Below the pieces are notes generated by a model that had not been told where the DNA came from, did not search any database, and worked only from the letters and a program-made list of their open reading frames with translations. The position numbers and the translations under genes are program-made. DNA of 64,000 nt, taken from contig OX597814.1 in the NCBI GenBank assembly GCA_951406725.2, positions 211,978,001 to 212,042,000 of the forward strand, written 5' to 3'. This stretch comes from Octopus vulgaris (lineage: Eukaryota). Below, piece by piece: positions 40,089-54,410 of the stretch; within the stretch, counting starts at the first letter, position 1; every line of letters begins with the position of its first letter.

Positions 40089-42520
40089 TAAACGCTAAGC
40101 ATCCGTTTCCAATAAGTTTATCTTAATATTTTTTATGCGACTCTACTCGATGCTGTCCTTTTCCCCTATCGTGTTTACCATCATCCTTTTTCTAATTCTT
40201 TTTCCCCTTCACCGTTTTCTATTTGTCTCTCTCTTGCTCTCTTTCTCTGTTACTGCTTTACACTCTCTCTTTACTCACACTTGACCATCTCCCACCTTCC
40301 TTTCCCTCGCTTCATCATATTTCTCTTCCTTGAGGGTTCTAGAAAAGACTGCACATATATTATCTATCTTGTTCTTTTATCTTTTTCTTTTCAAAGAAAA
40401 TATTTCTCCACCGTTTCCTATTTTACTTTCGTCTGCTCTACGAGACTCCATGATTCTTTTCGTTTAGTGTCTTTGCATGTCTCCACTGACCTATTTTTAT
40501 TACCAACTTTGAGCATCCATAAATCCTAAATATAATTTTACTTTTGTGGTAACACAAACAGGACAGTGAAAACAAACAGGAAGGGCTGCTAAGCCTAAAC
40601 GAGGTTGTGGTGAGGAATGCGTAAATGAAGCTTGGGCAGGAGACAGACAAGTACACGTCTTCGTTGATTCAGCTACAACAAAGAGAAAGGAAGAAACACA
40701 AGTTAGGAGAAGAAAGACATATGGCCGATGGTCACGTGGGAGCCACGTGAGCAAGAGAGGAGGAGTGAGCATGAGAGAGTGACAAAGTAATTGGACAGTA
40801 TATTGGGAGGAGAGAAGGTAAAAGATAAAGAACGAGAAAGATAGAAAAAAGAAAGTGTAAATAGATTGTATAGAATGCGCATCAGAATTATTCAGATAAA
40901 AGTTACTTGGGAGAGGATGCATGGCGTTCAATCATATAGTAATATGAATAATATGTATATATATGCATATATACATACGTATATATGTATATAAGAGACC
41001 AACGCGTATGTACCCCGCTATATTACATATATAAATATACAAAAATGGGACGAGTACGCAAAAAATCCAGACGGATTATACAAAAAAGGGACAACAAAAC
41101 ACCCACAAAGACGATACAAAGGGCGGGACATTCAGAGTTTTCAATCCGTATTTGATTTCCAGATTATCTTTCCAATTTCGGTTGGGTATACTCGGGATTG
41201 CTCCAATCTGACAAGCCTCAAGGAAAATCTTAACTAAGAGCTTTAGATTCCTTGGAAGAAACCAGCGAATGTGTACGAAAACAAGGACGCAAAAAACAGT
41301 AAAAATGTTACACAAATACAAATGCAATTATCAGGACATAACAACAAGTTCTTTCGACTAAGGAAATTTAACTGGCGTGTGTGGAAGTAAAGCCTTACGG
41401 CAGGGACATTGGTTTCTACAGGCGCAGAAAGTAATATAGATGTTGCACGGATGGAAGTCGAACCAAGAAAGAAAGATCAGGCCTGGTAGAACACCGGTCA
41501 CGTGGGAATAGAAGAGAGACATAGAGGCAGAGGGATAGAAGAATTAAGAAGGGACGAGAAAAACTGAGAGACACAGTGAAGTGAAAGAGGAGGTAATGTG
41601 AGCATATGAACACATGACGTCAGGAAACGTCTACAACAAAAAATACGAAGAACGAGTACATGGAATATGAAATATTCTTTTGGACAACAGAAGACACAAA
41701 TGGAAAACAATACAGACAACATAAAGAACGGACCTTCATCATTTGTTGCATGTTTTTCTGCTCTCCTATTTCGAGCATCTAACAACAATATACACTTCCG
41801 ATAAAACAGTTGCCTCCGCAAAGCAAATTCAATAAAATTTGGTATTTTGAGGAGGGTCAAAATTGGTAACTCAAACAGGACGTAGTAGGGAACGCGTAAA
41901 TCAAGCCATATATATATATATAAATATAGGATACATTTTTTTGAAAAACTTTTATCAATGGCCAGCATATTAAAAAGTACCTTTAAAGGTTGAATTTATA
42001 AACAACTTATAAACAAGGGCAAAAGAAAAAAACAATTCTAATGCCAAATATGCCGAAACTAGACACATCGTCCATAACCATATGATTCATCACTGTAAGC
42101 ATGCGTGTCGAAGAAAGCCGACAAAAATTTCTAAAAACTTCCGCTATTATCATATCGGACCCGATTTCATAGTTAATTCATAAGTACCTTCCCTTCGCCA
42201 GTGATAAATGCGGCAAACAAATAAATGAAATACCTACTTATACCCATGGATGGGTATAGTGATGAATTATATGGTTATAGACGATGTGTCTAGTTTCGGC
42301 ATATTTGGCATCAGAATTTTTTTTGTTTTGCCCTTGTTTATAAGTTGTATAAATATATATATCTTTATATATATCTTTCCAATTGCGGTTGGTTATACTC
42401 ACTCGAGATTGCTCCAATCTGGCAAGCCTCAAGGAAAAACTTAACTAAGAGCATTAGATTCCTTGGAAGAAACCAGCGAATGTGTACGAAAGCAAGGACG
42501 CAAAAAACAAATATATATCT
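39600..42520. mobile_element. Cluster of stacked PLE-type pseudo-LTR/non-coding fragments in both orientations, separated by (TA)n
   Basis: 39606-39760 resembles 40391-40550; 39715-39880 is inverted relative to 41700-41870; 41165-41300 resembles 42372-42510 and 5185-5310. Confidence 0.6.
41994..42354. repeat. About 100-bp inverted repeat (PLE-type fold-back)
   Basis: 41994-42094 versus 42258-42354, few mismatches; the arm contains atatgccGAAACTAGAC. Confidence 0.9.
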
Positions 42521-42535
42521 TATGTGTATATATAC

Positions 42536-42597
<62 letters not shown>

Positions 42598-43708
42598 GTG
42601 TGTATATATATAAATATGTGTGTGTGTATATACATATGTATATGTGTGTAGGTGTGTGTGTGCGCACATACTACACATATACATATAGTGTGTTATATCT
42701 TTCCATTCATTAGAGTTCACTTTTGCATTGTTTAAGCTACTATATGTAGTAATTGAAATTATTGTTCTCCGAGGATCGTTTAATAGCCTATTACGTTCGA
42801 AGGCTATTTATGATGAGATTGTGTATGATATAAAATTGATATCTTGTATTTGTTATATTCATTGACTAATCATTAAAATAGTCCCGATTGATGGATGCTT
42901 TCCAAGACTTCGTTAATTGATTCAATATATGTTTCGCTTCTGTAGTGAATCTTGTGCGTAGATCGATGCATGGGCACTGATGCGTAATACTATTAATTGA
43001 ATAATATTTTTTCTAATGAGATTTAGAGAGAAAGAAATTATTAACATTTTCTAAAGTAAGGCATTTTAGTTGTGCATACTGTGAGTTAAACAGATCCAAA
43101 TATTTTCTTTTATTGCAAGCAATCTCCAAATATCACAGGCGTGTCTGGATTGTAACACCATCTTTATATTAATTTGTTTCCTTGCCTTCCCCGTTTATCT
43201 CCAAAAACTCTTCGCACGTGTCTATGTTTATTAATATTTAAAGTTATAAGTTTAAGCATTGCTAAATATATGTTCTCATTTATCCTCTTTACATCCTATT
43301 TACAATTTCAAATTGTAGAGTTCATTATATTCTATTCTTCTTTTACTTTATGTATACATATATATTGCAATAAATCCGTGCTAAATTTGGCAGTTTTCAT
43401 AAAGGGAATGAAAAAGTATATCCCATCCAAAAATATTACTATCTAAAATAAATTTAGATATATAAACTAGATTATGGCTGGAAGATACACCTTTTACAAT
43501 GTAAACGCTCTCAACCTCAACCACGACGTCAAAACTTTTCTGGAACCTGGCATATAGTCACTATGTGGAGAGTTTCGAGCATCTCATTGAACTTGGCAAC
43601 CTCGCTCGAATTTTGCTGTTGCAAGCACACAGCGTTTGTCATCCTTCGCAACTGCGCCCCATTCATTCTGATCTATGGGATTACAATCGAAGCAATGAAG
43701 AGCCCATA

Positions 43709-43709
<1 letters not shown>

Positions 43710-43793
<84 letters not shown>

Positions 43794-43825
43794 TTAATAA
43801 TAATAATAGTGATAATAATAATAAC

Positions 43826-43884
<59 letters not shown>

Positions 43885-44297
43885 TAATAATAGTTGTCAG
43901 AGATCATGAAGAAAAAAAATGCTTTCTAATTGATGTATCAATACCGGCTGATGACAACGTGTCTCTAAAAGAAATGGAGAAACTTTCAAAATACAAAGAC
44001 CTGGGAATAGAGGTAACCAGAATGTGGAATCTAAAAACAGAAACAATTCCTATCATAGTAGGTGCATTAGGCATGATAAAAAAATATTCAGACAAATACA
44101 TAACAAAAACACCAGGACTTACAAACACATATAACATACAGAAAATTGCACTACTAGACACTGCACACATCCTACACAGAACACTTTCCATACAATAACC
44201 ATCAGAGCATCACAACAAATCACAGCACATACCTAAGGCACACAGAGCTGCGCTCGGTAGTGAAGTGAAAGCACGCTATAAAAATAAAACTACTGAA

Positions 44298-44383
<86 letters not shown>

Positions 44384-44411
44384 TAATAATAATAATAATA
44401 ATAATAATAAT

Positions 44412-44490
<79 letters not shown>

Positions 44491-44500
44491 TAATAATAAT
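43710..44500 (+). repeat. (AAT)n array interrupted by a Dong/R4 insertion
   Basis: (AAT)n at 43710-43890 and 44298-44500. Confidence 0.95.
43890..44298 (+). mobile_element. 5'-truncated Dong/R4 non-LTR retrotransposon (REL endonuclease domain)
   Basis: IVVRDHEEKKCFLIDVSIPADDNVSLKEMEKLSKYKDL...IPIIVGALG...QKIALLDTAHILHRTLSIQ* (stop at 44198): REL (PD)..D..K..KY motifs; inserted in (AAT)n as known for Dong elements. Confidence 0.9.
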
Positions 44501-44685
44501 AACAACATCGGAAAGCACCTTTGGAATGAGAACCCAGGTTGGAAATTTCCACCGAGACACTTGATAAAGGCTGGAGAATATATGGACCGAAATGTTGTTT
44601 TAACAACAAACAAAATGAGGACAAATATCCGTCAAATGTAAATAATGTAAATACTTTATATAATTCCTCATCTCTCACATATATA
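44500..44685 (+). mobile_element. PLE pseudo-LTR fragment with decayed hammerhead (44557-44600)
   Basis: Homologous to 18055-18205; ACAC-TTGATAA-a-GGCTG...GGACC-GAAA-TGTT-GTTT. Confidence 0.65.
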
Positions 44686-47600
44686 ACTGTATCAAATGCA
44701 TTGGTTTACCATAAACATTTTCTTCGCATACCAAATGCGTAGCACTTTTAATTCGTAGATTAACTGAAAAACAAAAGGTAGCATTGATTTGAAATTATCT
44801 TCAAAATTCCAGGAACCAAAGCAAAATTGAAATATATTTTTAAAACTGGCAAAGAAAATTCTTTTAAATTAATAGAGGGAAGAGAACCGCTATAGCCATA
44901 TTATCGGTAATGCATGTTAAATAATCCAGTCTGCAATGGTTTTAGTATTCTTTGATGATGCCGTGATTTCCCGCTGAGTTATCTTTATAATTCTTTTTGA
45001 GATACAGTGTGTCTGCATGAATTATATACATTTCAATTACTATTTATTTTACTGATTTCTAAAATACCTAGAAAAGATGGCATATTCTACTATAAATTCA
45101 TTTTTTTTGTTCTTTTATGAATGCAGATATTAAGCTCTGGGAATAACTGCTTTAAATAATGTTTAGCGTTGTATTCTGCAGATGAAAAGTATGACTATGA
45201 ATTTCCCGACGATTAGTTTAACATGATAGAATTTCCCGACGATATATTGGTATATGATGTTATTAGCTTGCTTTAAATTTTCCAGCCAACGAAATTACAA
45301 ATGATAGATTTATCACCATATAATTGCTTAAATTTCATGCAACGTTGTCAACTATAATCATTGGTCCTAATTTCTATGCAGTCATGTATAAGTTTATATG
45401 CAAACATGCTGGAAAAAGTTTACGCACACACTCATAGACACGCACGCTGATATCTATGTTATTGTGGGTTTGTGTGCCTGTGCGATTGTGTACATGTGTG
45501 TGTTAGTGTGTATATGTGTGGCTGTCTGTACCCATGTACCTATGTGTATATATCTCTGCTGATATATTGTTTCATATACTTTACGGATACTCAATTTCTG
45601 AGAAATATCGTTGTCCTGTATAATGCAACAAAGTTTTACTCATTAGATATTTGTGTTAACAATAAATTGTCATCACTGACAGTATATACTCGAACAGCAA
45701 ATACAGTGTTAGATTTAATACAGGAGTAAATCTTCTCAAAACTTTCATTTATTTTTCCCTCCATTTCATTATAATTTACTTTCTTCAATTCTGTTTTGCT
45801 TCTTTCATTTTACTCTCTTCACATTTCATTCTTGTCTGATTTCTTTATTACGTTTATTTATGTTCCTACATATCATGATTTTTTTAGATCAATATATGTA
45901 TATTTATAATAAGTTTTATATAAGTGGAAAGATTTACGTATATATTGAAATATAGCTATAATTTATAAGTATCAGTTCCTTTTATGAGTGCTCAGTTTAC
46001 AACTGTGTAAACGAAAATTAACTGTGTCTTTTGAGAGTTGATTTTGACAGTGATATCATTAAGCTGCGGAGCGGAATTCTGGTTGAGATCTCTGCCATTA
46101 AATCTTTATTTTGTTCAGAGATTTGTTATTGGTGCGACATAGAAGACGCTGCTTTTCCAGTAATCAAAATGAGTGGAGCTTTGGCCAAGAGACACCGATG
46201 TCATAAGATGCTATCCAACGATGAGTGTAATATTTAAGCCTTACCAAAGCTTTCTTCTCCAACCTCATCATTTATGCTAGATACTACTTCACATGTTGCC
46301 CCAATTTTATACATAATTAGTGAGGCATATTGGGGAAGTTTCAACTGAACAAATATAATTTGATGTTATTTTGGAATCTTTTAAGCAATTTGTCAACATT
46401 CAAGATAAATATTTGCATTGAGCTTTAAATCATTAGATTTATCCATTCTCAACTACGTCACACAGACACATGCATAACAGTAAATTTACCCACACACACA
46501 CCCATATATATATATAAATGTGCTGTATACATCGACATTTTATTCAATCCCACGGCGTCTTGCAATACCATTGAATGCTTTCTATATAGTGGAGGTGACA
46601 AATTTCCGTTAGGCCGCAAGTACACTTCACTGAGAATGTCCAACGGAGCCAAAAACCATCTGGTGTGCTCGATAGATACTTCTGTTATGATTTTCGTCAA
46701 TGTTTAACACAAACGATATTTCCATCTCCACTGCATTACGCCTACGTCTTTTCTCTACACCATGTTTCATTATGGTTATTAATTTGACTGACTAAAGAAA
46801 ATGAAACTTGTAATACCATTGCTTACTTTATATCAATTATCGGTCTTTAACACCAATTGTCTTCCCAAACTCCTCTCTCCAGTTGGAAGCCAGGATTTCC
46901 GGGTATGCAGATAAAACTCCAAATGTTAAGGAACAGAATACACAGAATCCGGTCTACATATATTTCATAACGAGTAGAACCTAGGAAGAAGTAAATATAC
47001 AAGCCTGGTGTATACCGCAGGCTACTCTTCCGACCAAGGGTATCTTAATTATATGAAGTTTAGTTTGTCTTTAGGAAGCCCATTTCAACAGTCGGAGGAT
47101 TCGATGAGAAAAAATTACAAACGTTCGCCCAAATAAACCACTATCGTTCCCGTATTTCCTACGGATTCCTTGAAGCTCATTTCTTCCTACACCTCTATCT
47201 CTCGATCTTACCTACTTCCGAGTTTCCACTGGCTACGAAACATATGTAGCCCGGATTTCATCTACTCCATTCCTTAACTTTTATATATACATATGTGTAT
47301 GTATGCATATGCATGTTTACATATTCATCGATTTCAGTTTGCACTTGTCCGTTTTGCTATCTGTTGACCATGAATATTTCCATTGTGTATAATGTTAGCA
47401 ATCTCACATGTGACTTCATGCCGTAACTCAGTTTCTCGAAGTTCGTACACATATTATAGAACAGCATCACCATTCCGCACTTGGATGGCCTCGTTATTAC
47501 TCTTTACTGATATAAAAGAAAGGAAGATAAGAGACAGAAATAAATATCGAGGAAATGAACAATCTCAAAATTCAGATACCGTTGCTATGTCAGATTCATG

Positions 47601-50181
47601 ACTGTAAACAAGGAGTCGGAGGTGGATTTATGGTAGTGGTTAGCAAACATAATGACGGTTTAGAATTAAGTGAAATTGTTGTAAATGTGACTCAGTGCTA
47701 GAGAGGTAGCGATGATGATGAGACCTCAATGGAACCAGAGATGTCTAGAACCTTGGCGGACAGGTAAAGGAAGTAAAGGTAATGAAGGATTTAAGCAATA
47801 CAGATGTAATACATATGGTGATGATACAATCATTAATATAGCAACTGTCAGGGATGGATCCAGGGAACTAGAAGATAGTTTTGGCCTTTGCATTACCTGT
47901 ATGCAGTTGCCTTATGTGGATCTTCTCCTAGTGCATATGACCTTCAGAGTTAAGTGCTAGATATACCTGGATTATTTGAAATAGTTCAATGTGAAGTCAA
48001 AGTCAGCGAATCGACTCTTTGCATATATGTACAAAGGGATCCGGAATATATCTGACGGTGAATAACCGTTGATTTAAGAGATGAATGTAGCTTCATTTGA
48101 GTCAGTACGCGGAGAAAAATGGCGCGGAGTGGTTTTTGTAGGTGGAGGTTTTAAAAGCGTAAAGGATGTAGCAGTTGCATGAAAATGTACTTTAGGAGAA
48201 ACGAAGTAACCCAGAAAAACACCAGTGACCCAGACAAACAGTTCTCACTATTCTCTTTCGTTACTTTGCACCAGCAATGTCATCTGCTTCATGCAGTACA
48301 ATGCCGGCGAGAGAAAACTGCAACAGAATAGTACAATGAAGATATAATTTGGTTTTCGTTTTAAATTAAAGAACAAAAAGGCGGTATGAAATAAAGGGGT
48401 GCCAGTATATAAAAGTGTGACTTGGAAGGTAAGGCTAGAGACGGAGAAAAAGATAACAATGAACCTCCTTTAAATTTCATTATTATTATTATTTCAAATT
48501 ATTATTTCTCACAGTTCATCATGTATTCTTTTATATATGACCAGATGTAGCTTGGAGATCTTAATTAAAATTTATCTTATATTTAGTCGGAAGTAGCTTT
48601 TGGCCAGTTGGAGTTCTGTAAATGATCAAGTGTAGCATCAGCGTAGGATGGAAGCTCGGTTTGTGTTCAACACATTTTGGCGAGTATACTACAATGTGTA
48701 TTTTGCAAATTAGATTCATTACAATAATTACGTATTTAATTATAAACCTATTTATATTTCAGTCCATTGCGGATTCTTAATTAATTCGATATTAATTCTT
48801 TGAAGTACTTCCAGACATCACACTGAAGATTTTGTTTTAATCGATTTAATAAAATGAAGCAATAAAGAATGGGAAAAAATTGCTTATTTTATGTAAGAAT
48901 TATTAGTGCGTCGATCAAAATATCTTGGAGTATTAAATTAGATGTATAACATGGTTGGATTAATCTTTATTTCAGGTTCGATAACCCAGGCTTTTATTTA
49001 GTTAATCTGTATCGGGGCTACATTGGACCCTTCCAAATTTATGGTCAGGTTTTTCTGCTATAATATCTCTTTTCATTTAGAGAAATATAGATATGAATTA
49101 AAAGTAACTAAAATTTATTACATTAAGCAATAAAACGCCACGTCTGCCCCAGCTTTTATTATCCTGTCTTTATACTATTTACTATGATTTCCGAACAACA
49201 TAATAGAAATCATTTTTCATTCGTTTTGAGGAGGTTTGTAACTTTAGAAAAAAGTTGGCTGAAAGGGAAAGGAAAAGAAATGGCACAGATTTATCACATT
49301 GAGATTCGTACTTTGGGAGATTTTGAACCACTTGGTAGAACAGTAGATTACATGTAATATAAACAAAATTATATCCTCCAAAATTCACATTATCAGATAC
49401 AACAAAATTGAACTAAGTTTCTGTTTCAAAATTCTGTTATAAAAAAAAAAAACAACAATCAATTTCTGAGAGTTGCTTCATCCAGTACACATTTTCCAGA
49501 TATATAATATGAAAATTGTATTAGAAATCCGTATTTATTTAGAAATGTATATCAGAGGTGAGCATTTCCTTTAGGGTATATTCATTATCATTTCCAAGCG
49601 CGATTTTTAAAGCGGTGTATTGCATTTCACTAGAAAGTGTTGTAATGTATTCTGCATAATTTAATCAAACAAATGGCGCATTTCCCCTTTCATTAATGTT
49701 AGGAATTTAAGATACTCCAACGAAACGAAATGTTTATTATCCTAATAGATACTTGATATGTTTCAATGTCCAGTTATACATTTAAACCACGAGATCTTAG
49801 AAAGAATTGAACGGTAGGCTATTAAAATGTAATGAGCTATTATCGAGTAATATAATTCACTTCAAAGTTAGATCCTTTTTAATATACTTCTAATGCAACA
49901 TAATATTCTATTATGAATAATATCTCAGATATGATATTCCTGATAAATACTTATTCTGGATTTGTAACTGTATAAAATTGAATAATAAATTCTTCATTTC
50001 CAATATTTTATAAAGGTGCCAAATACACATTAAATATTAAAATTGGCGGTCATAACTCTTTCATTATTCATTATTTTAAATTGTTCAAAGAGGAAACCAA
50101 TGCATAATAGATATGTTAGAAAGTCCTATAAAAACATATTTTGAAAATTTTGTAATTTACATAGTTTGTATGATATTTGAA

Positions 50182-50669
<488 letters not shown>

Positions 50670-53600
50670 GTATTATATATAATTTTATATTGATTATTTG
50701 CGTTGCATTTTTTGTATTCTGAAAGTGTAAAAATGTTGGGGTTTCTCCGGCACTTACGTACAATTAACTCTTTTTAATAATTTATCTAGCTAATGATCAG
50801 ATAACATTTTAGATATATATTCTTCCCAGTGGCGTATGCCTACTAGTAATTTCACTTATTATCAGAAGGGATATCGGCAATAACTGTCGCAGTTTTATCC
50901 AGTATCACTATTCCTGTTTCACATTTATCTTAATCATAGTGATTCCGGCACTTTCTCTAAATATGTGAGCATGTTACGATTTCCACAAATTTGCGTCACG
51001 TGTAAATGCATTTAGTGTGAGGTTTTTCTGAGTATTGCATACTGGATTCAGGAAATAGTGATTAGTTGGTGAACATGACGAGTTTGGAAGGAGGAGAAAA
51101 TTCCATTGCTCAAAGTCACTTTGATTCTTATATTTACCATGAAATACTCACATTGAAAAACCTACATGTCTTTGAAATAGTGAAAGAGTATTTCTAAGGA
51201 GACTCCAATATTACATAAGGAATCCGATATTCATATTCATAGAAATGTTGCACGTATCCTTTGGTGTGTGTTCAGGTGATATGTGAATGTGATGCCAATA
51301 ATAGGGACATCCTGTAATGTTCAAAGAAATGTGTACGTATGCAAAAATTGCAATTAGGTCATGGAATATCAGAATACAGGATAATGAATTTATAACCAAA
51401 ACTTGTTATACAGCTTAATTAAAAGAATGTGTGTCACATACCTCTAGATGGCACACGTCACTTGATAAGAGACGGGTAAAGTATCTAGGATGTTACCCCT
51501 TATGGACAATTAAAATGCATTGGTATGAAGTTTGAATAATTCAAAATGCTAGAATATGCTTGATATGTACAGCTCTAGGAAAAACCAAAATGAAATGGAG
51601 AGAGAGTAAAGTAGATGGAGAATGGAATAGCCTGACAATGTTTTCATCATATAATTAGATGATATAATGACCGAATATAAGGCAGCTGTTGTTAGACTAG
51701 GCTAGATGGTATTTCTGACAAAGAAATAACTGTGCCTCTTATGACAGACTGAGTTACATCTCGGTACACAGAGAAGTTGTCATAAATTTAGCGGATACAG
51801 TAGCTAAAGTAGCGGGCTTGTACTTTAATTAATTGCCTTAAATTTTGTAGTAGTGCAGAGGAACGTAATCAGTTTACATACACTCCCGAGGCTATTTACG
51901 GAGTTCTTGTCTGAAGTATAATATAACCTTTCCTTAGCAGGCGTTTTATCAAATATATAACACACTGCCTAAATACCAGTTTTCACCGGTAGTGAATTTG
52001 AGGGATAAAAGTGGGAGTAAATATGGAGGATATCTGCACAATTTCGAGACCAGCAGCTCTTACTCCTGCAATTTTCAAAGCAAGATAGGTATATAGGGAT
52101 TTATATATGGTGATATAAAAATCATTAGTTTTCTTTCAAAACATTGAATCTGAATTTTTCGAGATGGTCGTCAGCACAACGGAATATTGTATCGTGATTG
52201 TTCTAACGCTTCGTAGCTGAGAGTGGCAATTGTTTTTGTAATTGATAGACATGTACAAAGACAAATGAACGCGCACAGATATACATACACTCAGCAAAGC
52301 ACAAGAGACAAGCGTAAGGGTATACGTAAACACGCAAGTATATCTGTATGTTTCTGATACTGTGTTAACTATGGCATTGCTTACAAAGTTAAGATTCATG
52401 CAAAATTAGATATTTATTAGCCCACGAATGTATATTGCTTATGGCATATTTGTAAATATTACAGGAATATAGCATTGATCGAAAAGTCCAATATACACGT
52501 ACATTAATATTTAAGCAGATCGATGTAGAAATGCAGGCATTATTATTCTAGTATATATTTGTTTGTGTATGTGTATAATGTATTTTATTCTTTCATCTTG
52601 TGAAACTATGTGCAGCAAGATATATGTACAACTACTATTTGTAAATAATATCCGTATCTTTTATATTTTCTTAATGTTCATACAAAAATTCATATCTGTG
52701 TTGTATGATTTTAAAGAGGTACTCTGATGTAGAATCATGAAAATTATTTTGTATTATAAAAATGTTATATTCATAGGATATTAATTATCAATGGTTGTAT
52801 TTCATTTGAAATAAATTATGCATGTTACAGAGCATACACTGTGCAATAAAGTAATTTCAAATATTTAACATACTTAAGCAGGTAAATGATAAACGAGTAA
52901 ATTAATGATGACAGGAAGCATCTTAGTATTTAAGGTTGTATTGTTCAACAAAAACTATATATAAAAGATTAACATGAGGAAAGTCAGTTAATTACATTCC
53001 AAACACCTGCTTCTATAATTTCTTGTAATATTGGTTTAACTTTTATAATTTTATGCTTTTCTTAGAATTCTGAGGTATATTGTAATTGAATAGTGTCCCC
53101 AGGTTGGCGGATCTTCCTTATTTCTATATAATATTTCTTATGATCTGCGTCTATATCCAGTGTATACAAATGTGTTAATCAGGCAATTTTAGCTTAATAT
53201 TAATCAATTTTATATGAAGTAATTCATTATTAATACACAAGGAACAATTCACCCACTATTTAATAGATATTCTAAAAGTCCTAAATCAAAGGTGTACGAA
53301 ACCTTAAATATGTTATCTTCACTATCAATGGGAATAACTTATACATTGCTATGATTCATCAAATACTTTCAACTTTGAACATCTAGCATCGTAATTTAGT
53401 TGCATTAGAATGGAGAGGAAATAGCTTTGCTACTCAATGAAACTTATACATGAAGCCATAACGGAGATTTTAACGGAGATACAGAAGGAGATCGATAACG
53501 AACTGCATAGAATATAAAGTATACTTTCATGATAAATGAGACATGCATAGTACATACGAAAATGAATCGGCTTTTTGTATGCTACGTCATAGAAATTCAG

Positions 53601-54211
53601 CCCTCTCAAAATGAAGAGCAGCAATACCTATTTAAGCATATGCTATTCATTGCCAAAATGCTAATATTTATAATCAAGTTGGACGAATTTAATAATCAAT
53701 TCCTTGCAATGATGTACTGAATATGTCAAACATTCAAGTTGAACATCTATGTCGCCGATAATTTAAAACGAAATGGCATTACATTCCTTTAGCAATTAAT
53801 ATATTCATGAAATATATACAATCCAAACAACCTCGAATGTGAGAAATACCACAATAATCTATAAACTTTCGTCATGAAAATCATACATATTTAACAGACT
53901 ATAGTTTAGCTCTAGTATTATTTAGTACACAGTATAAAATGATATACACTTTCCTCTAAAGTAAATATGTTTTCTTATTTAATATATGTGCATGTTTCGG
54001 CTTCTGCTTCTTAAACGTAAAGAAATTTCGACGACAGCGGTGTATTTTAACGTTATATCAACCGCGTGCACTTCATAATCATGTTCCATAGAATGAGTCG
54101 CATCTAAGAGAATCACATAACTACATAGCTTAGTTCACATCTTGTTTTCTCATCAGAATCATCTAAATGATTTCCCTTCATCGATACATATCACATATAA
54201 TTTTCGAATTA

Positions 54212-54410
54212 TGGCAAATGGCCAGGAATTCTGGGGAATGGTGTGAGTCGGTTACATCGACTACAGTATTCAACTGGTACTTATGTTATCCACCCCGATA
54301 TGATAGAAGGCAAATCAATCTTGGCGGAATGAGTACTCAGAGAGGAAAGACGGACGAAAAGCTGCTAAGCATTTTACCCGGTGTGTCAACAATTCTACCA
54401 TTTTGCTTCA
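54212..54410 (-). mobile_element. Decayed SINE (family of 25586-25827)
   Basis: gagtcggttacatcgactacagtattcaactggtacttat...ggcggaatgagtactcagag...gacggacgaaaagctgctaagcatttt. Confidence 0.65.

Noticed and set aside
45190-45245. Short tandem duplication (gaatttcccgacgat twice); a similar 17-bp duplication at 30501-30535
   Set aside because: Ordinary slippage duplications
46031-46237. 68-aa ORF as a host exon, or RTE remnant (GKAAS on the minus strand)
   Set aside because: No recognisable domain; evidence too thin for either
47640-48340. Possible decayed LINE or host exon
   Set aside because: No diagnostic motif or clean splice-bounded ORF recognised
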